From Dehalococcoidia bacterium (lineage in GTDB: Bacteria; Chloroflexota; Dehalococcoidia; SM23-28-2; RBG-16-64-32), in contig DAOUMF010000067.1 in assembly GCA_034411955.1 (NCBI GenBank), positions 1 to 42,972 on the forward strand: a stretch of DNA of 42,972 nucleotides, read 5' to 3'. Position 1 is the stretch's first letter. Each line of letters opens with the position of its first letter. Made by a program: the position numbers and the translations under genes. Of this stretch, positions 35,997 through 41,567 are shown piece by piece. The notes below the pieces were generated by a model that made no database searches, had not been told where the DNA came from, and saw nothing but the letters and a program-made list of their open reading frames with translations.

Positions 35997-37159
35997 GCCG
36001 GCAGTTCGCCTTCCAGGGCTGGCGACGGGCGGACGGCCGCATGGGCATCCGCAACCACTGCCTGGTGCTAGCGACGGTGGCCTGCGCGTCGGGGGTGGTG
36101 CGGGAGGTCGGGCGGCGCCTGCCTGCGGTCGTGGCGGTGGAACATCCCCACGGTTGCGGCCGCGGCGGCCCCGATCTCGGCCTCCAGAACAAGACCCTGG
36201 CCGGGCTGGTGCAGAACCCGAACGTGGGGGCAACGGTGCTGGTGGGCCTCGGCTGCGAGATACTTTCGGTCGCTCTCCTGAAGGCCACGCTGGCCGCCAG
36301 CGGCAAGCCCCTGGAGTCCGTGATCATCCAGGATGTGGGAGGGTCGAGTAAGGCGGCGGATCGGGCCGAGGCCCTGGCACGGCGATTTCTGAGCGAACTG
36401 GACGAACTGCCGCGTCACGAGGGCACGGCAGAAGACGTGATGGTGGGACTGGAGTGCGGCGGGTCTGACACCTTCTCCGGGCTCACCGCCAATCCAGCGG
36501 TGGGAAAGGCCACCGACCGACTGGTGGAGTTGGGCGGCAGCGTCATTCTTGCCGAGGTCACCGAGATGATCGGCGCCCTGGCGCCTCTGCTCAAAGCGGC
36601 GGAATCCGAGGAGGTAGCCGCCAAGCTCAGGGCGACGGTGGAGCGGCGCGAGGCACGCGCGCGGGAGGTACTGGGGCCTCTGTTTGAGCCCGGCCTGGCG
36701 CCCGGGAACGTCGAATCGGGGCTGTCCTCCATCGCCGAGAAGAGCCTGGGCTGCATCGCCAAGGGCGGCAGTTCGCCCATCCGACAGGTGGTCGACTACG
36801 GGGATCGACCAAGCGGAAAGGGCCTGGTGGTCATGGACACCCCCGGTTACGACATCGAGAGCCTGGCCGGCATGGCGGCGGCCGGGGCGCAGGCCATCCT
36901 CTTCACCACCGGCCGGGGCACGTCGGTGGGATTCCCGGCTGTGCCCGTGATCAAGATCTCCTCCAACTCTCAGCTCTTTGAGGCCATGCCCGACGACATC
37001 GACGTCGACGCTGGAACCATTCTGGCCGGGGAGAGCGTTGACCATGTCGGCGAACAGATACTGGACACCCTCCGCCGGGTCGCCAATGGCGAGAGGACCA
37101 GGGCCGAGATCAATGGCCAGGCGGTGTTCGGCTTCGCCCAGGAGGGTCCGGCCTTCTGA
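35993..37159 (+). CDS. UxaA/GarD-family dehydratase, large catalytic subunit
   Basis: ATGA overlap with the SAF subunit. Motifs: FQGWRRADGRMGIRNHCLVLATVACA, EHPHGCG, ECGGSDTFSG and GYDIESLAGMAAAGAQAILFTTGRG. Confidence 0.85.
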   Translation: MSRQFAFQGWRRADGRMGIRNHCLVLATVACASGVVREVGRRLPAVVAVEHPHGCGRGGPDLGLQNKTLAGLVQNPNVGATVLVGLGCEILSVALLKATLAASGKPLESVIIQDVGGSSKAADRAEALARRFLSELDELPRHEGTAEDVMVGLECGGSDTFSGLTANPAVGKATDRLVELGGSVILAEVTEMIGALAPLLKAAESEEVAAKLRATVERREARAREVLGPLFEPGLAPGNVESGLSSIAEKSLGCIAKGGSSPIRQVVDYGDRPSGKGLVVMDTPGYDIESLAGMAAAGAQAILFTTGRGTSVGFPAVPVIKISSNSQLFEAMPDDIDVDAGTILAGESVDHVGEQILDTLRRVANGERTRAEINGQAVFGFAQEGPAF

Positions 37160-37263
37160 CGGGCCGGCCCCTCTCTCAGCGCAGCATCATCTGTCTTCTG
37201 CCAGTAGCTCTTGCCTGTCAGGCATGGCGTCGGGGCGGTAAGCCTCCATCTGTGTTTGAAGGG

Positions 37264-37292
37264 TTGACGTGTATACCCCCAGGGGGTATACT
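37264..37292 (+). promoter_or_regulatory. near-consensus sigma-70-type promoter (TTGACG-17 nt-TATACT) whose spacer and -10 embed a perfect 10+1+10 palindrome of CsoR-operator type
   Basis: Read directly: TTGACG 37264-37269, a 17-nt spacer, then TATACT 37287-37292. The palindrome GTATACCCCC-A-GGGGGTATAC occupies 37271-37291. ATACCCC-N-GGGGTAT is the shape of published CsoR (copper-sensitive operon repressor) operators. Confidence 0.5.
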
Positions 37293-37301
37293 GGCATAGC
37301 G

Positions 37302-37448
37302 ATGCCCCCCTACGAGTACGCTTGTTCGAGCTGCGGCCATCAGGCGCGCCATCAAACGATCGAAGACCACGAGCTTGCGGAGCCGCACGAGCGGGACGTC
37401 CGTCTCCCGTGTCGTTGTCAAGACCCTCTGCGCGAGAGCCGTACGTAA
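37302..37448 (+). CDS. speculative leaderless 48-codon Cys/His-rich mini-ORF (zinc-ribbon-like N-terminus)
   Basis: The ATG at 37302 lies 10 nt after the -10 hexamer. Translation: MPPYEYACSSCGHQARHQTIEDHELAEPHERDVRLPCRCQDPLRESRT, stop at 37446-37448. M-P-x-Y-E-Y-x-C-x-x-C-G-H is the start of FmdB-type zinc-ribbon proteins. However, the ORF is exactly codon-antisense to the AbiEii relic, so it may be fortuitous. Confidence 0.2.
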   Translation: MPPYEYACSSCGHQARHQTIEDHELAEPHERDVRLPCRCQDPLRESRT

Positions 37449-37562
37449 TGCGGCGGGAGTGGCGTACTTCATTGCTGAACCCGGTCGAATGGCGCCTCTA
37501 TCAGCGTTGCCACCCGCCGCCGGTGTCTGCGATCTTCTCATCGGTCATCGCGCTCCGGGCGA

Positions 37563-39647
37563 TCAGCCCTCCTTGTAGTAGTACTCGGACGGCGGGCAGT
37601 CGAGTGGGCACGGCTCGGGCGCCGAACCCCCGTCCTCCTCGTCCTCGCACTCCGGGTCGTCGTCGACGTCGGTCACATCGATTTCGAGCAGGGCTCCCTT
37701 CTTGATCGCCGTCACCACGAAGACGGCCTCGCCGTCAAATGACTCGGGCAGATCTGTAGACCAGGAACCGCCGGGCCATCCGGGCTTCCCCGTCCGCCAT
37801 GACGAACGAAGCTCCCCCTTCTCCTTGTATTCGACGCATGCGTACTTACCCGGATCAACGACGAGGTGCAGCCGCACCACGCCAAACCGCTGCGGCTCCG
37901 CCCACAACATGGTGCGCCCGCTGATTGGGGCCTCATAGGCCCGCGCTTCGAACCAGACCGTCTCGCCGGGGCTCTCAGGGTCAGGGATACTCTCATCCGT
38001 CAGCCCCTCTGCGAACGTGTGGAACAGGAGATCGATTCCCTCGTACCCGGCGAGAGCGTTCTCCTGCGCCGCCCGGCCGCCACCCGAGGGCAGATGCCGG
38101 ATCAAGGGGAGGGCGATGGGCTCTTGCGCGTGGGCGAAGAACAGCCAGTTCTCGTAGCTGCGGTCCAGCAGCGTGGTCTCCAGCTCCACGGCAACGAGCG
38201 CCTCTAGCAGTGACCGCCCCCTCTGCTCTGCCGACCACTCCCAGTTATCCGCTGGGTACACCACGGCGCTGAGCCAGAGCGCGAGGCCTTCCTGCCACCA
38301 CCTGGTGGCCTCGTATCCCGCGTTCACCTGCGCCGGGAACGTCTCCGAAATCATGCAGTACGCCATCTCGCGGGCGGTCCGCTGGAAGAACGCGTCCCCG
38401 AACCCTTGCATCGGCGTGTTGAGGGCGATGAGGCACACATCGAGTTCAGTGTCCGTGAGCGAGATCGGCGCGTTCCACGGTGTGAGCACGAAGAAGACCT
38501 TGGGCATCTTGCCCATCGCCTCATACTTCTTGGCAGAGTCCTTCACGGCTTGCATAGCCCAGAGGACGTGATCGTCCGTCCAGCCATGCGTCGGCTTCTC
38601 AGGGACGATCCCGCTGTACTTCTTCTTGCCGAACAGCTTGTCCAGCTCCGGGAAGACCGCTTCAGCAGCGCACACGTCCGTCCCGAACCAGAAGGTCTCG
38701 CAGTCGTCCGCCGCCTGCACCATGGCGAGGGAGATCGCCTGAAACCCCCGCGCCGCCATGGGCGGGCCTTCCCCTGCCGCCGCTTCCAGCCCTTCGCGGG
38801 AGGGAACCAGTAGTTCCAGCAGGCGCGCGATCTCCGCCCTCGCCTCGGCGTCGGGTCCGTCCTCCAGGTACTCCCGCGCCATCCGGATCACGCCTGTTCC
38901 CGATTGGTCCAACAGCTCCGGCTGCGGTAGCACCTGCGCCGCGTCAACCTCTCCCGCGAAGAGACCGAGTGTCGCGACCAGGCCCTCGCCGCGCGTCCAC
39001 TCCCCCGCCGACTCCTTCGTCAGCAGGTTGTCGACGAAGCTCGCGTTGGAGCGGTCCACCTGCTCCCGTTCGAAGGTCACCGGCTCCGGTTCCACCCCAG
39101 GGAATCGAGGCAGCGCGCCCAAAGCCAGTTTCTTGGCGATTTCGAGCTGCTCGGCGCTGCTGAGATCGGGACGTCCCAGTGTGATCCGGAAGTGCAGTGC
39201 CCCGAGCGACGTGCTCTGACGCACGCTGAGGATCCCAGAAGTGCCGCCGCCCTCCGCGCCGGTGCCGCCAAACCAGCGAGCGTCCTCGCCAACCCCGCTC
39301 ACCGGCTCGCCGGGAACGCTCAGCAGCTCGGCGCCCGGCTCGAGGTCCCCCGGCGCCCCCGGCTCGATCCGCACGAAGAAGCGCTCGTCGGTGACGAGTT
39401 CCTTGGTGCAGACCTCACCCTGCCCGTGGACCCACGTGCCTTCCTCACCCAGAGCCTCCTCGATCTCGGCGTCGGTGGGGAGCAGGGGGGGACAGTACAA
39501 CCGCTGCACGCCGGGGCGTTCGGGCTCAGGGGTCGTGGCCGCCGGCTCCTCCGTCTCGACTACCGGGGGCCACTCGCCGCCTCCGCATGCCGCCAACAGA
39601 ATGAGCCCCGCCACCGCCGCGGCGGCACGGGCTATAGCTGTCTTCAC
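37563..39647 (-). CDS. large secreted lipoprotein of unknown function (N-terminal domain shared with the upstream lipoprotein; C-terminal acidic Cys-containing tail)
   Basis: 694 aa. Lipoprotein signal MKTAIARAAAAVAGLILLAAC-GGG. The N-terminal ~150-aa domain is homologous to the 39644..40321 product. The central region carries REMAY...RWWQEGLALW. The tail reads DVTDVDDDPECEDEEDGGSAPEPCPLDCPP. A 4-nt overlap with the upstream gene suggests an operon. Confidence 0.7.
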   Translation of the reverse strand: MKTAIARAAAAVAGLILLAACGGGEWPPVVETEEPAATTPEPERPGVQRLYCPPLLPTDAEIEEALGEEGTWVHGQGEVCTKELVTDERFFVRIEPGAPGDLEPGAELLSVPGEPVSGVGEDARWFGGTGAEGGGTSGILSVRQSTSLGALHFRITLGRPDLSSAEQLEIAKKLALGALPRFPGVEPEPVTFEREQVDRSNASFVDNLLTKESAGEWTRGEGLVATLGLFAGEVDAAQVLPQPELLDQSGTGVIRMAREYLEDGPDAEARAEIARLLELLVPSREGLEAAAGEGPPMAARGFQAISLAMVQAADDCETFWFGTDVCAAEAVFPELDKLFGKKKYSGIVPEKPTHGWTDDHVLWAMQAVKDSAKKYEAMGKMPKVFFVLTPWNAPISLTDTELDVCLIALNTPMQGFGDAFFQRTAREMAYCMISETFPAQVNAGYEATRWWQEGLALWLSAVVYPADNWEWSAEQRGRSLLEALVAVELETTLLDRSYENWLFFAHAQEPIALPLIRHLPSGGGRAAQENALAGYEGIDLLFHTFAEGLTDESIPDPESPGETVWFEARAYEAPISGRTMLWAEPQRFGVVRLHLVVDPGKYACVEYKEKGELRSSWRTGKPGWPGGSWSTDLPESFDGEAVFVVTAIKKGALLEIDVTDVDDDPECEDEEDGGSAPEPCPLDCPPSEYYYKEG
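39527..39545. repeat. 19-nt exact repeat copy 1 (CAGGGGTCGTGGCCGCCGG), encodes PAATTP in the linker of the 694-aa lipoprotein
   Basis: The identical string occurs at 40117-40135 in the paralogous position of the neighbouring lipoprotein gene, although the surrounding DNA has diverged. Confidence 0.8.
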
Positions 39648-40321
39648 GGGATTCGCTCGACGGCTTTAGCGGCCAGCCCCTTCGCAATTTCCAGTTGGGT
39701 TGCGTTGTCTACTTCGTCGGGGAGAAGCAGCCTCACTTGGAAGTAGAAATCCCCCTGGCGCACGGCCAGGAAGAACGGGGCGACCAGGCCGAACCAAGCG
39801 GCCTCGTCACCGATACCCGACACGGGCTCCCGCCCGCTCGCGGCGTATTCGCCGTAGATCCCTTCTTCGAAAGTCTGCTGAGACCCTATCTCGATGCTAA
39901 CGGAACTTGTCGGGGAAGTTGAGTACCGGCAGGAGACGGTTTCAAGGTCCCTTGTGTCGGTGACAGGTTCGCCCAGCGCCTCCTCTACCTCCTCCGGCGT
40001 CACGAGGTCACACAAGTTTATCCCGGCCGTGGGGGACGCGGCGGCTTCCCGCGTAGGTTCCTCAGGGGTAGGCGTTGGTTGTTCGACTGTGGGCGCTTGA
40101 GTGGGGGTTTCGCCAGCAGGGGTCGTGGCCGCCGGTCCCTCCTCCCCGCCGTCTCCTCCGCCGCACGCCGTGAGCGCCACCAGCGCTGCCAGTGCCAGAA
40201 CGGCGACCAGCGTCGGAACGACCCGCCACCGCGTCGGCGTCGAGACGACGCGTACGAATCGCCCCCGCAGGGAGGAAGCGGACAGTCCGGCGATATGGGG
40301 CCCTGTGAAGAGCCTAGTCAT
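39644..40321 (-). CDS. small secreted lipoprotein (single copy of the domain found at the N-terminus of the 694-aa protein)
   Basis: The ATG at 40321 is preceded by GGAGGTG. Signal/lipobox TLVAVLALAALVALTAC-GGG, then a Pro/Thr/Glu linker, then a domain with LCDLVTPEEVEEALGE...EPVSGIGDEAAWFG...TQLEIAKGLAAKAVERIP. The ORF is open to 40435, but the upstream codons lack an RBS and look non-coding. Confidence 0.7.
   Translation of the reverse strand: MTRLFTGPHIAGLSASSLRGRFVRVVSTPTRWRVVPTLVAVLALAALVALTACGGGDGGEEGPAATTPAGETPTQAPTVEQPTPTPEEPTREAAASPTAGINLCDLVTPEEVEEALGEPVTDTRDLETVSCRYSTSPTSSVSIEIGSQQTFEEGIYGEYAASGREPVSGIGDEAAWFGLVAPFFLAVRQGDFYFQVRLLLPDEVDNATQLEIAKGLAAKAVERIP
40117..40135. repeat. 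19-nt exact repeat copy 2 (CAGGGGTCGTGGCCGCCGG)
   Basis: See copy 1. Read directly from both rows of sequence. Confidence 0.8.
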
Positions 40322-40774
40322 GAGCCACCTCCGATCCGGGCCTCTTGGGATCTCTGTTCCCTTCGAGGAACGCAACGTTCCCGAGGGTGCGCCTTCCCCT
40401 CCCCAAAGACTGCTCGCGGAGGGTCTACCCACCATACCACTAAATGGTCCGCCTCTATTGCAGACTCAGGCGCTGGGGGTCACCCTCGCGTTTTCCCTAA
40501 GGTACAGGCCATTCCCTGTCGCGTCAATCCGGGCGTGATCCACAGGTCCTAGCGTTGGAAGTTCGGGCCGCCGGAAACCGTGACCGCCGGAGTGAAAATC
40601 CGGGAGTCACATGGCCGCCAAGAAGCGTGCATTCGCTATCTAAGGCGAGTGCAGTCGAGTGCCCGAAATCGTCCAATCCCCTAGTCGCGAACGAATCCCC
40701 CAGTCAGCATTGACCGCACGGCACGGCCGAGATGGCCAGATGTGAGCGTTGAGAAGCTGGCAAACGATGGGTAA

Positions 40775-40849
40775 TGGAGGGCCCGGTGGGATTCGAACCC
40801 ACGACTCCCGGATTAAAAGTCCGGAGCTCTACCGCTGAGCTACGGGCCC
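40775..40849 (-). tRNA. tRNA-Lys: tRNA-Lys (anticodon UUU), 75 nt, CCA end genomically encoded
   Basis: The reverse complement folds as a cloverleaf: GGGCCCG-TA-GCTC-AGCGGTA-GAGC-T-CCGGA-CTTTTAA-TCCGG-GAGTC-GTGGG-TTCGAAT-CCCAC-CGGGCCC-T-CCA. It has a perfect 7-bp acceptor, 4-bp D, 5-bp anticodon and 5-bp T stems, a T-loop TTCGAAT, and anticodon TTT flanked by T33 and A37. The apparent discriminator base is U. Confidence 0.93.
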
Positions 40850-41042
40850 CCACCGTCAAAATCGTATCTATTTTCGTGCATTGTGGCAAACATTGGTGGT
40901 ATCCAGACCAACATTCTGCCGGCAAACTGCCTGACACAGGATGGTGCGCGCCGGGGCGACATGACTGCGGCCGCGGTGTCCCCGGTGCGGGTCGCGAGCG
41001 AGCGTCCTGCCCGGTTGACTGAAAGACGGGCTTGAATGGGGC

Positions 41043-41073
41043 TTGACATGTGACACATTTCACGAGAAGATAT
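41043..41073 (+). promoter_or_regulatory. candidate promoter (TTGACA -35) with an overlapping imperfect palindromic operator upstream of the ArsR-family gene
   Basis: TTGACA at 41043-41048. The 19-nt imperfect palindrome TGAcATGTG-a-CACATtTCA occupies 41044-41062 (9-nt arms, one mismatched pair). An A/T-rich -10-like AGATAT lies at 41068-41073. This layout is typical of autoregulated ArsR/SmtB repressors. Confidence 0.4.
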
Positions 41074-41104
41074 GAATGAACGAATATACGCGGAGGTCGA
41101 ACTC

Positions 41105-41491
41105 ATGGATCAGCTCTCCAACGCGATCTATCTCCTCCACGCTCAGATCCTCAAGGCTCTAGCCCACCCCACGCGGCTGATGATCTTGGACTGCCTGCAT
41201 TCAGGCGAAAGGTCGGTCGGTGAGCTCGCGGAGGCGCTGGACCTGCCTCAGGCCAACATCTCCCAGCACCTGGCGGCGCTCCGCGCCCAGGACATCGTCG
41301 CCACGCGCCGGGAGGGCAACGTGATCTTCTACTCCCTCGTCGACCCAAAGATCGTCGAAGCGTGTGACTGCTTCCATGAGTTCCTTGTGAAACGCATGAG
41401 GACGAGCCAGGCCCTCGCCAGCCAGTTCCCCCGTCTCCGCCCCCTGCGTGAGGATGAGGGGGCTCCTCCCCGAACCGTGGTGGGCTCATGA
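41105..41491 (+). CDS. ArsR/SmtB-family winged-helix transcriptional regulator
   Basis: LKALAHPTRLMILDCLHSGERSVGELAEALDLPQANISQHLAALRAQDIVATRREGNVIFYSL is a textbook ArsR HTH. The ATG at 41105 follows GGAGG at 8-nt spacing; the ORF is open from 41072. The C-terminal helix carries EACDCFHE. Confidence 0.85.
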   Translation: MDQLSNAIYLLHAQILKALAHPTRLMILDCLHSGERSVGELAEALDLPQANISQHLAALRAQDIVATRREGNVIFYSLVDPKIVEACDCFHEFLVKRMRTSQALASQFPRLRPLREDEGAPPRTVVGS

Positions 41492-41567
41492 GTGAGGGCC
41501 GGCAGGCGCGATGAACCCTCTGCCCTCTATCTGAGAGCGAGGCCGAGGTGATAGCGGAGGTAATGGA

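Larger units (their letters stand above)
37218..37472 (-). pseudogene. N-terminal relic of an AbiEii/AbiGii-family nucleotidyltransferase toxin (type IV TA / abortive infection)
   Basis: MKYATPAALRTALAQRVLTTTRETDVPLVRLRKLVVFDRLMARLMAA matches the very conserved N-terminus of AbiEii (DUF1814) proteins (M.Y....FR.ALE.RL......G(V)PL.RLRK.VAF(D/E)R(L/F)LARL). Family-like sequence fades after SVLVGGH (about nt 37302) and the frame stops at 37218, about 84 codons in. There is no AbiEi partner and no room for one. Confidence 0.55.

Noticed and set aside
37160-40849. Genomic island integrated at tRNA-Lys (tRNA on the minus strand, with the AbiEii relic and orphan lipoproteins downstream of it).
   Set aside because: I found no integrase or recombinase gene. 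I also found no direct repeat of the tRNA 3' half (GGTGGGATTCGAACC...) by eye near 37160-37300. The region may be old accessory DNA, but an island call is unsupported.
40704-41063. ORFs 40704..41063(-), 40774..41022(+), 40840..41106(-) and 40868..41056(-).
   Set aside because: They overlap or flank the tRNA-Lys gene and the ArsR promoter region, and they have no coding signatures. The tRNA cloverleaf explains the conserved-looking sequence.
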